DNA of 64,000 nucleotides, taken from Gemmatimonadaceae bacterium. GTDB lineage: Bacteria > Gemmatimonadota > Gemmatimonadetes > Gemmatimonadales > Gemmatimonadaceae. A model generated the notes under the pieces. The model was not told where the DNA came from. It did no database searches and worked only from the letters and a program-made list of their open reading frames with translations. The stretch lies in the NCBI GenBank assembly GCA_045803545.1, contig JBJMOW010000006.1:128001-192000 (forward strand). The letters are read 5' to 3'. Made by a program: the position numbers and the translations under genes. Positions 41,409 through 51,397 of this stretch are shown one piece after another. Within the stretch, counting starts at the first letter, position 1. Each line of letters starts with the position of its first letter.

Positions 41409-41852
41409 TTAGAGAGCTTTGCGAAACGTTACAATCCGCTCGACTTCCGTGTACCCCGAAGCCTTGTGTGCGCGATGGCTGGTATCGTTGTCGAGCAGCG
41501 CATCCGACGCCATCTCGCGATAGCCCTGGCGCCTCGCCCAGTCTTCGGCGGCATCGAGAAGGGCTCGCCCGTAACCCTGTCTACGAAAGTCGTCGTCGAC
41601 GTACCAGGCCTCGACATACCCAACGGGTGTGGTATCGCAACCTTCGGCGTAAGGACGCGAGCCAGCTTCTACGAAGCCAGCAAGCGAGCCATTTCCACGA
41701 TCGAGGACAAAGACTTCGCCGTCAGAGCGCGCGCGAAACTCGCTCATGCCATTCGCCAGGTCGGCTTCCGTGCAGTCGTTAAAAAGTGCGAGACTCATTC
41801 GCAGCCATTCTGCCCAGTCTGAGTCCCGGTAGCGACGAACCTGCAGGGGCAT
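41409..41852 (-). CDS. GNAT acetyltransferase, AAC(6')-I-like
   Basis: GFVEAGSRPYAEGCDTTPVGYVEAWYV..RRQGYGRAL..EMASDALLDN..HKASGY.EVERIVTFRK resembles the AAC(6')-Ic/Iy subfamily. Confidence 0.8.
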   Translation of the reverse strand: MPLQVRRYRDSDWAEWLRMSLALFNDCTEADLANGMSEFRARSDGEVFVLDRGNGSLAGFVEAGSRPYAEGCDTTPVGYVEAWYVDDDFRRQGYGRALLDAAEDWARRQGYREMASDALLDNDTSHRAHKASGYTEVERIVTFRKAL

Positions 41853-41859
41853 ACTGCGT

Positions 41860-42285
41860 TCAGTGCCAGAGTTGGAGGAGGCCAGAGATCGCCTCGAACA
41901 CGAGATCCATAGCGCCTTCCGTCCCCAGCAATTTCTTTATTTGTTGTGGACCGTCCGAGGCCTCAATGCCAATGCGATGGCGGACGGCGTCATATTCTCC
42001 AGCGTCGAGCCAGATCCCATCACACGTCATGCAGCGGTCGATCTCGATGCCCTCGATGGTCTGCGCGGCCATGGAAATCTTGCAGCCAGGGCAAGCGCGA
42101 TATTTTCGCCGAACACGACGCTCTTCTGGAACGCGTCGAGTGGCCTGCGAAAGCCGTTTAGGATCTATGAGCTCTACGCGCGCACTGTGCGGCAGCCAAA
42201 GCCCCCGACATTCGGGGCATGAAGCAAAACCGGTCGATCCAACAAGCTCCTCAACGAGCTCGGCGCGATCGACCGGGCACTTCAT
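41860..42285 (-). CDS. Protein with two zf-TFIIB-like zinc ribbons
   Basis: MKCP..CPECRGLWL and CPGC..CMTCDGIWLDAGE. Confidence 0.8.
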   Translation of the reverse strand: MKCPVDRAELVEELVGSTGFASCPECRGLWLPHSARVELIDPKRLSQATRRVPEERRVRRKYRACPGCKISMAAQTIEGIEIDRCMTCDGIWLDAGEYDAVRHRIGIEASDGPQQIKKLLGTEGAMDLVFEAISGLLQLWH

Positions 42286-42293
42286 AACGACGC

Positions 42294-44933
42294 CTACCGG
42301 GCTGTCGTCCGGTGGATGTTCCAACCCGTCACGATCACTCGCGCGGGTGCTCCGCCTAGATCACGCACGTTGTAGCGCGCGCTCAACGTGCGTGATTCAC
42401 CAGGGAGCAAGGTCACGTAGTTGTCCTCCCACGTCACCGGCAACGCTTCTTCCCCGCCCTTGCCCACGACCTGCAGGCGCATGAAGAACGCGATGGCGTT
42501 GGTCGGATTCTTTAGCGTCACCGTTGTGGTGCCGATGCTGCCGTTGCGTGAAGACCGCGCTGAGGCGCTCACCGCCGACTGAGGCATGCTGCGCAATGCG
42601 GTGAAGTCCGCGTAGTTCTTGACGGGTGTCATATACCACGTCGATGAATCAGACAGTGCGTCCATCTTCGTCGACAGCCAGTAGAAGTTGCTGCTGATCG
42701 GACGACCGTCGGACCCAGTCAACCTCAAGTCCACGAAGTAAGCGGGCGTCGAGAGGTTCGTCGGCTCCGGCAAGGTGAATAGACGCAACGTCGAATCCGC
42801 CGGGATATCGATCACTGTGTCCCTGGCAAACTTCTCGGAATTATCCAGACCAAGTATTCGCGTGCGCAGATGAACCCCGCGTACGCCGGAACGCGGCTTG
42901 TTGTCGTTCACTACTGCAATCGTACGATCGTCGTAAGAATAGACCGCGTGCACCGGCTCGTTGGCCTTCTTGGTGCCGAAGTACCCGCCCGCCGGCAGCA
43001 GGTACCAATCGAACAAGTGCCAGTAAATCGACGGCCAGGCGTTGTTGAACATCCACTGAATCACTCCCGTCGACACGTACTTGTTGCGACGATACGCCTC
43101 GAACATCGCGCGCTCGCCCTCGTACGTCATCAGCTGCGCCGTCACCGTATAATCCTCGGCGGTGATCGGTGCGCCGTATCGCTGTGAAAGAGCAGCGTTG
43201 AAACGATCGAGCAGCTTGGTGAACTGTCCGCCAGCAGCGTGGTAGAACCAGACTGTATCGAGCGGCCACTTGAGATTCTCGGCCGGAATCATCTTGCGCA
43301 TGCTCTCGATCGGAGGCACGGCTGCGCCGGGACTCGTCTCGGTGTTGTAAGCCCACGCGCCCCCGTGAGTGCTGTCCTGCATCCAATAGCCAGGCGGTAC
43401 CCAATCGTACGGACCGGTCATCTTCACACCGCTGGCGCCCGAGAACTGCGCCGGCTTGGCACTCGCGGAGCTGATCGTAGGATTCGGCCAGAGCTCGTCG
43501 CGCTCAATGTTCAGATACATCTGCTCAACGTCAGCCGGCGGCGGATTATCGCTGCCGTTGAGCCACGTGAAGACACTCGGGTGTGCGCGCAGGCGACGGA
43601 TCTGATCCCGCAACGACGCCGCGGCGATCTGATGCTGCTCAGGTTTCCACTTCGGCCACTCTTCCCACGGGCCGCAGCAGACCCAGCCCGTCATGATGAG
43701 GACGCCGAGGCTGTCGGCTTGATGGAAGAAGCGATCGTTCTCGTAGTTCCCCTCCAGGCGAAGCGTGTTGAGATGCATGTCGAGCGCATACTTCATCTGC
43801 GCGTCCTGCCGCTCGGGTTGGGGGCGGAAGAACATGTCGGGCGCCCAACCCCCGCCGCGGATCAGAATGCGCTTGCCATTGATGCGGAACAGTCTTCCGC
43901 CTTTTGGCGTCGACTCCGAAGTGACTTCGCGAATACCAAAACGCTGCGTTTGCTGATCGGAGACACGGCCGTTATTCACGAACTCGATGTTGAGCGTGTA
44001 CAACTCTGGCGATCCAAGTTCGAGCGGCCACCAGAGCCGGGGGTTGGTGAAGTGAAGTCCCGGAGCGTCAGCCGGAGTGATACTCACGAGCGCACTATCA
44101 TTCGCGCCGATCGTTACCGGCTTGCTGAACGACACAGTCCCGATCCGCCCGCGCAGAGTTCCACTCACCGGCTGAGATGTGAGATTGTGCAAACCGCTGA
44201 CAACGGTCAGATCCGCTGATTTCAGCGAAGCGGTATCGATGTGACTTATCACACCCGGATACTGGATCACGACATCACCGCTCGACGCCAGGTATGCCGG
44301 CTGCCAAATGCCCATGTCCTTGTCGGGTGGCGACGGATTCCAGTCGACCCACGTCGTTTGAAGATCGGGCGTATCCGGTGCAAAGATCTCAACCGCCAGC
44401 GCGTTCTCGCCGCTTCGATTGACGGCGTCGGTCACGTCGAACTCGTAACGCCTATAGGTGCCCGCGACCGCCGCGGAGTCAGCGATGCGCTTGCCGTTCA
44501 GCCAGAGGTTCGCGCGGTAGTTGATCCCGTCGAAGTTTAGGCGCACGCGCTTGCCACGCATTGACACCGGCACGCGAAAACTCGTGCGATACCACCACGG
44601 TACCACGAAGGGACTGGCGGAATCCATCGCGGTGTGCACGAAGTTCGCACCGATCTTGAAGGTCGTTCCCGGAATGCTGCGCAGGTTCATCCCATAAAAC
44701 GGATCCTTGTAGACACCGGCATCAACGAGAGCGCCGACCACAGTCGATGGCACACTCACGCTGTACCAATCGGTCGGGTGATATGAAGTCGACGAGATCG
44801 CAGCGCCATCAGTGCCGACCTTGGCCGATGACTGGAGCTGCCAGCGCTCGTTCAGCATCGACCGCTCCTGCGCGGCCACCACGTTTGCTGCCGACAGAGT
44901 AAGAAAAAGGGCCCAGTGAGAAAACTGCTTCAC
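42294..44933 (-). CDS. GH2 exo-beta-D-glucosaminidase (CsxA-like), secreted
   Basis: GINYRAN, DWNP.PPD, RLEG, GWVCC..WE, WLNGSD (Asp acid/base), KMTGPYDWVPP, NTETSPG; GTGA overlap with the permease. Confidence 0.88.
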   Translation of the reverse strand: MKQFSHWALFLTLSAANVVAAQERSMLNERWQLQSSAKVGTDGAAISSTSYHPTDWYSVSVPSTVVGALVDAGVYKDPFYGMNLRSIPGTTFKIGANFVHTAMDSASPFVVPWWYRTSFRVPVSMRGKRVRLNFDGINYRANLWLNGKRIADSAAVAGTYRRYEFDVTDAVNRSGENALAVEIFAPDTPDLQTTWVDWNPSPPDKDMGIWQPAYLASSGDVVIQYPGVISHIDTASLKSADLTVVSGLHNLTSQPVSGTLRGRIGTVSFSKPVTIGANDSALVSITPADAPGLHFTNPRLWWPLELGSPELYTLNIEFVNNGRVSDQQTQRFGIREVTSESTPKGGRLFRINGKRILIRGGGWAPDMFFRPQPERQDAQMKYALDMHLNTLRLEGNYENDRFFHQADSLGVLIMTGWVCCGPWEEWPKWKPEQHQIAAASLRDQIRRLRAHPSVFTWLNGSDNPPPADVEQMYLNIERDELWPNPTISSASAKPAQFSGASGVKMTGPYDWVPPGYWMQDSTHGGAWAYNTETSPGAAVPPIESMRKMIPAENLKWPLDTVWFYHAAGGQFTKLLDRFNAALSQRYGAPITAEDYTVTAQLMTYEGERAMFEAYRRNKYVSTGVIQWMFNNAWPSIYWHLFDWYLLPAGGYFGTKKANEPVHAVYSYDDRTIAVVNDNKPRSGVRGVHLRTRILGLDNSEKFARDTVIDIPADSTLRLFTLPEPTNLSTPAYFVDLRLTGSDGRPISSNFYWLSTKMDALSDSSTWYMTPVKNYADFTALRSMPQSAVSASARSSRNGSIGTTTVTLKNPTNAIAFFMRLQVVGKGGEEALPVTWEDNYVTLLPGESRTLSARYNVRDLGGAPARVIVTGWNIHRTTAR

Positions 44934-46330
44934 GATGTCGCCTCCGCGAAACCGAATGGCCAACGCTTGATATTCCAGGACCAGAGGAGAAACACTGCAA
45001 ATCCCAGCGCCAGGACGCCGATACCGAAGAAAATTACCTGCAGCTGCGTAGTCGCAAACACGAAAATCCAGCCCAGCATCGCGATCACCGCCGGGATCGG
45101 ATACAGCCACATCCGATAAGGGCGCGGCATGTCAGGCGCGTGCTTCCGCAGCAGCATCAACCCGACGATCTGGCCCATGAACTGTACGACGATGCGCGTT
45201 ACGATCAGCGCATCAATCACCGTGCCCAGTGAAAAGAAGCCGGCGAAAATTGAAAGTACACCGAGTACCAGCAGCGACACGTAAGGGAAATCCTTGGTCG
45301 GGTGCAGCTTGCCGAATATCCGGAAGAAGTACCCACTCTCCGCCGCTGCGAACGGAATCCGCGAGTAGCCAAGCAGCAGCGCGAAGACGGAGCCGAACGC
45401 GGTCCACAGCACCAGCAGCGTAAAGATCGTGGCAACCGTTTTACCGTAGACCTTCTGCATGAAGATCGAGACGATGAAGTTGGACTCTGCGTGCTGGTCC
45501 GCCGGCACGAACTCGCGCCACGGTACGACGCCGATGATGGAGAAGTTGATGCCGATATAGATGATGGCCACCGCAATCGTGCTGACGAGAATCGACCGCG
45601 GAATGACGCGCCCCGGATTCTGCACCTCGTCGCCGATGTAACAGACGTCGTAATAACCGAGGTAGTCGTAGATGCCGATTCGGGTGGCGGCGCCGAGGCC
45701 GAGGAAGAACCCGAGGGAGAAGTTGAACGCGCCGGGTGGGAAATCGAACGCAACCGCCGGATTGAAATGAGTCGCACCGGTGAAAATGACGGCCAGCACG
45801 GTGATGAGGGTACCGATCCACAGTGAGATCGTGATCTTGGCGATCGACTGAATGCGGCGATAAAGCAACACGATGTTGATGACTCCGACGACCGTCACCA
45901 GCACGATCACCCACGGCCGCGTCAGTCCGGACCACAGATACTGCGCGTACTGCGTGAACCCGATGTAGCCGGAGGCGATCTCGAGCGGACCACTCAGCAC
46001 GAACTGCCACACGAACAGAAAGCCCATCAACCGGCCGAACTTCTGGGCTCCGAAGGCTTCACGAAGGTACCGGAAGGAGCCGCCGGATCCCGGCAACGCC
46101 GCACCGAGCTCGCTCCACACCATGCCATCGCAAATCACGATCACCAACGCGACGATCCAGCCGAGCATCGCCTGCGGTCCGCCAAGCGCGGACATGAGAA
46201 GCGGGATCGTAATAAACGGTCCCGCTCCCATCATGTTGGTCATGTTGAGCGCGGTGGCGCTCAGCATATTGAATCGCCGTTCCAGGTGAGTATGGCCGGC
46301 CGATTCGACGGTTGACGACGTATTGCTCAT
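44930..46330 (-). CDS. APC family permease
   Basis: NMMGAGPF, SELGAALPGSGG, EVQNPGR.IPR, about 12 TM helices. Confidence 0.92.
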   Translation of the reverse strand: MSNTSSTVESAGHTHLERRFNMLSATALNMTNMMGAGPFITIPLLMSALGGPQAMLGWIVALVIVICDGMVWSELGAALPGSGGSFRYLREAFGAQKFGRLMGFLFVWQFVLSGPLEIASGYIGFTQYAQYLWSGLTRPWVIVLVTVVGVINIVLLYRRIQSIAKITISLWIGTLITVLAVIFTGATHFNPAVAFDFPPGAFNFSLGFFLGLGAATRIGIYDYLGYYDVCYIGDEVQNPGRVIPRSILVSTIAVAIIYIGINFSIIGVVPWREFVPADQHAESNFIVSIFMQKVYGKTVATIFTLLVLWTAFGSVFALLLGYSRIPFAAAESGYFFRIFGKLHPTKDFPYVSLLVLGVLSIFAGFFSLGTVIDALIVTRIVVQFMGQIVGLMLLRKHAPDMPRPYRMWLYPIPAVIAMLGWIFVFATTQLQVIFFGIGVLALGFAVFLLWSWNIKRWPFGFAEATS

Positions 46331-46345
46331 TCGCGTCCGTTCATC

Positions 46346-47728
46346 CTATTGTCCTCCGACATAGACCCTCAGCGAAACCGGGCCGAGCTGTTGGCCATCG
46401 GCGTCGGCGGCCCAGGTGATTGTCTGCCACTCGGATTTACTCAACCTCGGTGCGACAAGTCTAACCCGCACCGGATAATCGTCGTGTGGTCCTGCGACAA
46501 ACGTCGTCATTGGCCACGGATGTCCGTGCTGCGCTGACGTGCTATCCACCGACCATCCCGCCGGCAGCTGCGTGCGCAGATGAAACGTAACTGCCTTATC
46601 AGTGTTGTTGCGCAACAAGAGCATCACCGGAAAATGCTGACTACTCCCGACGCCGAGCTCAGGTGCAATGAGCGTGTTCATGACGTCGACGCTGTGCGCA
46701 GGGTAAAAACGCTTATAGAACGCCCACGCCTGTCCGAGCTCGATCGAGAGCGCCGGCAGGTTCTCAGGGCGATAGCCACGCACTGGGGCGAAAGCGATTG
46801 GCCGGCCGCCTACGCCGTCGAGAATGTCCGCCGTCGTTGCACCGCCAACGAGTGACTTCGCCAGCACGAACGGCAGCGGCTGCTCGAAATCCTTGAGATT
46901 GTTTGTGGCAAGCGCTCGCGCCGGATCGTCGCCGTACTGGGTGCGATGGAAGGTTTGCTCAGTGGCGGCCAGCCTGGCGTACGATACACCGCGTGCAGGA
47001 GAGACTGCCGTCATCGAGTATTCCGGTCCCTTCCCGTTCATGAACTCGAAATGCGTCGCGTCAGTGTAATAGTAAAGTTTCTTCGGCTGCCACGGACGCA
47101 AACCCTCCATCAGGTTGCCGTAGTAGAGGCGGTCTTCCGGCATCGCCACCTGCTCCGCGAATGCTGTTGGATCTCCCGCCAAATCGAACGCTTCCGTCGC
47201 GATGACACCAGACGCCTGATGATCTTCGTGGTTTTCCCCTGAGACCGTCGCGGGCAACATCGTGATCACGACTTCGGGACGAGTGAGACGAATGAAACGC
47301 ACGGCATCGGCGAGCGCCGCACCGTGGTTCCCCGTTTCGAGCGACCGCAAAACGTCGGCAACGTCGAATCCAGGCGTGTCCGGCATTCGCAGAAAAAAAA
47401 CCTTGTCAATGCCGATTGACGCCAGCGCCTGTCTTGTCTCGATCTCGCGAATCTCTCCCAGCGTGCGCGCCTGCTCGTAACCAACCAGATTACTCCCGGC
47501 ATCACCTCTGGTAGTGACGACTACGGCGACGCGCTTCTTGTCGTCGAGCACTGCCTTTGCCAGATAGCCGGCGATCGTTGTTTCGTCGTCCGGATGTGGT
47601 GCTATGACCAGGATATCGACTTTGAATCTTTCGTCGGGTGCCGGATTGGTCGGCTGCTGGGACGCGAGAGGCCTGACGAGGGCGGTAACCATCAGCGCGG
47701 CGCCGAGTGTCAAACGACCACTGTGCAT
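46346..47728 (-). CDS. PIG-L/LmbE family deacetylase, secreted
   Basis: APHPDDE, TRGD, HEDH; signal peptide from ATG 47728. Confidence 0.9.
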   Translation of the reverse strand: MHSGRLTLGAALMVTALVRPLASQQPTNPAPDERFKVDILVIAPHPDDETTIAGYLAKAVLDDKKRVAVVVTTRGDAGSNLVGYEQARTLGEIREIETRQALASIGIDKVFFLRMPDTPGFDVADVLRSLETGNHGAALADAVRFIRLTRPEVVITMLPATVSGENHEDHQASGVIATEAFDLAGDPTAFAEQVAMPEDRLYYGNLMEGLRPWQPKKLYYYTDATHFEFMNGKGPEYSMTAVSPARGVSYARLAATEQTFHRTQYGDDPARALATNNLKDFEQPLPFVLAKSLVGGATTADILDGVGGRPIAFAPVRGYRPENLPALSIELGQAWAFYKRFYPAHSVDVMNTLIAPELGVGSSQHFPVMLLLRNNTDKAVTFHLRTQLPAGWSVDSTSAQHGHPWPMTTFVAGPHDDYPVRVRLVAPRLSKSEWQTITWAADADGQQLGPVSLRVYVGGQ

Positions 47729-47815
47729 CGCACTGAAATACGGAAACTCCACGCGCTCCGCAACGAGTTGTCGCATATGGTCTGCTATCGCACCGTCAAA
47801 CAGCAAGGAGCTCTC

Positions 47816-48754
47816 ATGAAGCGGGCATTGATTGGTATTTGCTGCATCGTCGGTTGTACCGCGAAGTCGGACGCGAGCAAATCCGCCGACTCGACCTCAG
47901 CGGCGCCCGCTCAAGCCGATCGACCAATAGCGATTGTCCACGACGGCCTGGCCTCGGCGGAAGCCCTCTCATTCGATCCGAAGCTCAACGTCTACTTCGT
48001 CAGCAACATCAATGGCGACCCTGGCATCAAGGATGGCAATGGCTTCATCACGCGAATCACTGCCGACGGCGTCGTTGACAGCCTGCATTTCATTCAGGGC
48101 GGACGAAACGGCGTGACACTCAACGCGCCGATGGGCTCTCGGGTGCAGGGCGATACGCTTTGGGTCCTCGACGTCGATGTTCTGCGCGGGTTCAACGCCC
48201 GAACCGGCGCTGCGCTCAAGTCAATCAGCCTCGCGGCGCAGGGCGCGGGATTCCTCAACGATCTTGCGATCGGCCCCGACGGCGACTTCTACATCACTGA
48301 CACTGGCGTCCGACCGGTCAGCGGTAACCTGCAACATGTCGCGCCGGATCGGATCTATCATGTCGATCGCAGCGGCAAGGTTACGATCGTGGTCGAAAAT
48401 CCGGCGCTGTCGATGCCTGACGGAATCGGCTGGGACCCCGCCGGCCGTCGGCTCGTGCTGGCTCCTTTTGGCGGTAAAGCCGTGCAGGAATGGCATCCCG
48501 GCGACAAGGCGCCAACAGACGTGGCACCCGGACCGAGCAAGTTCGACGGCGTAGAAGTCGAGCCCGACAATACGATCGTCGTCACGATCTGGAACGACTC
48601 CTCGGTCTCAACACTCACCGGCAACAAGCTGGTCAAGAGAGTCCGGCTGTCGATGCCGCCTGCTGACGCCAGCGTGGATGTCAGTCGCGGGCGGGTTGGC
48701 GTTGTCTCAGTCGCAGTCGATCGATTCGAGCTGTGGCCGTGGCCCGCGCACTAG
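47816..48754 (+). CDS. SMP-30/gluconolactonase-like beta-propeller lipoprotein
   Basis: AAGGAG SD, lipobox IVGC, FLNDLAIGPDG.FYITD, PDGI, FDG. Confidence 0.82.
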   Translation: MKRALIGICCIVGCTAKSDASKSADSTSAAPAQADRPIAIVHDGLASAEALSFDPKLNVYFVSNINGDPGIKDGNGFITRITADGVVDSLHFIQGGRNGVTLNAPMGSRVQGDTLWVLDVDVLRGFNARTGAALKSISLAAQGAGFLNDLAIGPDGDFYITDTGVRPVSGNLQHVAPDRIYHVDRSGKVTIVVENPALSMPDGIGWDPAGRRLVLAPFGGKAVQEWHPGDKAPTDVAPGPSKFDGVEVEPDNTIVVTIWNDSSVSTLTGNKLVKRVRLSMPPADASVDVSRGRVGVVSVAVDRFELWPWPAH

Positions 48755-49413
48755 TTCTGAGACGTCTCGATTTGAATCGAGCCGGCACCGACTGAGACTT
48801 TGAGGTCGGCCAGACGCCGAACGACTGCGTCCGCCGCCACCAGATCCTCGGACGGATATGTCGCGGCGACGGCGATCACTCGCATGCCTCCCGCGTGCGC
48901 GGCCTCAATCCCCGGAGGCGTGTCTTCGATCACCACACACTCTTCCGGTTTGAGGCCCAGATGCGAAGCAGCAGTCAGATAGCCCTCGGGATGCGGCTTC
49001 CCGTGCGAAATCTCATCCGCGCACACCATCACACGTGGAACAGGAATACCGACGAGATTCAGTCGGAAGGATGCAATCGCGCGCGTACCTGACGTCACGA
49101 TCGCCCATTGATTCACCGGCAGCCGGGCGATCAAGTCGCGCGCGCCCTCGATCTCATAGATGCCTTCGCTCGTCATCCCCTCTTGCAGCTCGAGGCTGGT
49201 GACTTCGTTCAGCACATCCAGATGGGGCGCCACCGCCCGAACCGTCTCGATCGTTCGACGACCGTGCGCGATTGCAATCACATCCTCGGCGTTCAATCCA
49301 TGCTGCGCCGACCAACCGCGCCACGCACGCTCGACACACTCGGCGGAATCAACGAGCACTCCGTCGAGATCGAACAGAATCGCTTTGCAATCCAGTGCGG
49401 AGCCGGCGCTCAC
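48751..49413 (-). CDS. HAD family phosphatase (YfbT/sugar-phosphatase-like)
   Basis: FDLDGVLVDS, VTSG, GKPHPEGY, IEDTPPG. Confidence 0.9.
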   Translation of the reverse strand: MSAGSALDCKAILFDLDGVLVDSAECVERAWRGWSAQHGLNAEDVIAIAHGRRTIETVRAVAPHLDVLNEVTSLELQEGMTSEGIYEIEGARDLIARLPVNQWAIVTSGTRAIASFRLNLVGIPVPRVMVCADEISHGKPHPEGYLTAASHLGLKPEECVVIEDTPPGIEAAHAGGMRVIAVAATYPSEDLVAADAVVRRLADLKVSVGAGSIQIETSQN

Positions 49414-49432
49414 AGATCTTGGGACACCACAA

Positions 49433-50923
49433 TCATGGCATCGATGAATTGCTGACGAACGCCAGTCGCTTTCCGTCGGGCGACCACGACGGCACGTTGA
49501 TCGTTCCCTGGCCGCCATAAACGTACGCAATCACCCGCGCCGGCCCGCCACCGACCGGCATTAGCCGGATCATGACGTGCTTGTAGAATGGGTGATCATC
49601 CGCGGGAACACTGAGCGGGAATGAGATGAAGACGATTTGCTTGCCATCCGGAGAGATGTGCGGGAACCAGTTGTTGAAATTGTCATTGGTGATTTGTTGC
49701 TGATCGCTACCGTCGGGACGCATCCGCCAGATCTGCATGCGCCCCGTTCTCGCCGAGTTGAAGTAGATGTACTCCCCGTCCGGAGTGTACTCGGGGCCGT
49801 CATCGAGCCCGGCGGTCGTCGTTAGCTGGGTCTCTTCTCCACCGTCGACCGAAATTTTATAGATATCGAAGTCGTCGTTGCGCTGACCGACGTACACGAG
49901 CCAGCGGCCATCCGGCGACCAGCCGTGCAGGTAAGACGGACCTTTTGCCGTGATGCGCCTGGGTACGCCGCCCGTTGTTGGCACTGTGTACACGATCGAG
50001 ACGTTGCTATCCGCAGGTGAGTGATTGCTGATCGCGAGCATCTTGCCGTCGAACGACAACACGTGGTCGTTGTTGTTGCGCGTGGCAAAATCGGTGTTGA
50101 TCACCTCGGCCGCGCTCGTTGCGAGATCAAAGCGATAGAGCTTTCCCTCCTGAGCGTAGATCAACGCTTTGCCGTCAGTCGTCCAGTTCGGTGCCTGGAA
50201 CGATCCGCGATACTGATGCACGATCGTCGCATTTCTGGTCGCGAGATCCAGAATCTCCAGATTGCTACCAAGGTAGTCGCGGTAGGGCACGAAGCCTGTC
50301 TTCGGCGGAAGGGTGATCCGCACGTTGCTGAATTCACCTCGCTCGACGACGGAATCGTTGTGTGCGCAAACGAACAGGCCAACGTACACCGTGTCAGGCA
50401 GCGATACGTCCGCGAGCTGAGTACTCACCAGCGTGTCACCGAACTGCGCGACGGACATGATGTAGACTCCGTCGCGACGCTCGAGCTGAATCACCGCGTC
50501 GGCGTTTGGAAGGCTGTCCGCAGATCTGCTTTCTTCCGTCGTCGCGCCCGGTGTCCGGCGAAACTGGAGAGACATCAGTCCATCACCATGGAGCGCGGCC
50601 GTCACCTGCGGGCTCCTCGGGTCGAGCGTCGATCGGATCGTCCAGCCTATCTTCCGGTGTGCTTCGACACCTCGGCCGACAAAATGAGCGCGCGTCGAAA
50701 GAATGAAATTGCCGGCCAGTCGCTTCCACACGTAGTGAAAGTCGTCTCGCTCGGCCCACATGTTCTTGCCAGATCCAGCAATGACATAACTCTGCGTGCG
50801 CGGATCGTACGATGCTGAGCCAGCGTGACGAACGCTGCCGACGTCACCGTGCGCGGCAAAGATTCCGATCGGCATCAGGTGCGCCATCATCAGAGAGTAG
50901 AGAATAGCCAAAGGAAGCATCAT
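49433..50923 (-). CDS. TolB-like PD40 beta-propeller protein with an N-terminal beta-sandwich
   Basis: Repeated WSPDG/SPDGK/YTPDG motifs. Confidence 0.85.
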   Translation of the reverse strand: MMLPLAILYSLMMAHLMPIGIFAAHGDVGSVRHAGSASYDPRTQSYVIAGSGKNMWAERDDFHYVWKRLAGNFILSTRAHFVGRGVEAHRKIGWTIRSTLDPRSPQVTAALHGDGLMSLQFRRTPGATTEESRSADSLPNADAVIQLERRDGVYIMSVAQFGDTLVSTQLADVSLPDTVYVGLFVCAHNDSVVERGEFSNVRITLPPKTGFVPYRDYLGSNLEILDLATRNATIVHQYRGSFQAPNWTTDGKALIYAQEGKLYRFDLATSAAEVINTDFATRNNNDHVLSFDGKMLAISNHSPADSNVSIVYTVPTTGGVPRRITAKGPSYLHGWSPDGRWLVYVGQRNDDFDIYKISVDGGEETQLTTTAGLDDGPEYTPDGEYIYFNSARTGRMQIWRMRPDGSDQQQITNDNFNNWFPHISPDGKQIVFISFPLSVPADDHPFYKHVMIRLMPVGGGPARVIAYVYGGQGTINVPSWSPDGKRLAFVSNSSMP

Positions 50924-51351
50924 GACTGCACCTCCGAGGTTCGCCTAAGGACGACTGCAACCACGAGTGCGACGAGGAATGCGGGCAACGCGGTAATCAA
51001 CGGCCAAATCAGCAGCGACAGCTGAATCGAGCGCAAATGCGGGGTGGAAACACGATAGCCATGAATGGTCGCCGCGAGCGCGAGTCCGAATGCGCCGAGC
51101 GCGGTACCCAGCGCAGCGTGAAATGCGGTTGATGTCGCTCGATACCGCATGCGAATCCTGTCGCGCGCGACGTGGACGCCAAACACGATCGCGCTCAGGA
51201 GCCATGCCATGCCCCGCCAGAAACGCTGACGCGGGCCCGGCACTCCACCAGCGAGCTCGGCCGACACCAATCCGATGAGCAGGTAGAGGCATCCTGCGGC
51301 GAATGTCGCTGACACCCAACTCGAGCTTACCGGACGCGAAGATGCAGCCAT
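50920..51351 (-). CDS. Hypothetical four-TM membrane protein
   Basis: Hydrophobic helices; ATGA overlap with the TolB-like gene. Confidence 0.65.
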   Translation of the reverse strand: MAASSRPVSSSWVSATFAAGCLYLLIGLVSAELAGGVPGPRQRFWRGMAWLLSAIVFGVHVARDRIRMRYRATSTAFHAALGTALGAFGLALAATIHGYRVSTPHLRSIQLSLLIWPLITALPAFLVALVVAVVLRRTSEVQS

Positions 51352-51397
51352 TGCCGTAAATACTGCCTTATCTTCCGGCACCACGCCACAATCCGAC

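Noticed and set aside
40898..42285. Integron cassette array around the AAC(6')-like gene
   Set aside because: No integrase, no recognisable attC sites, and the spacers are too short.
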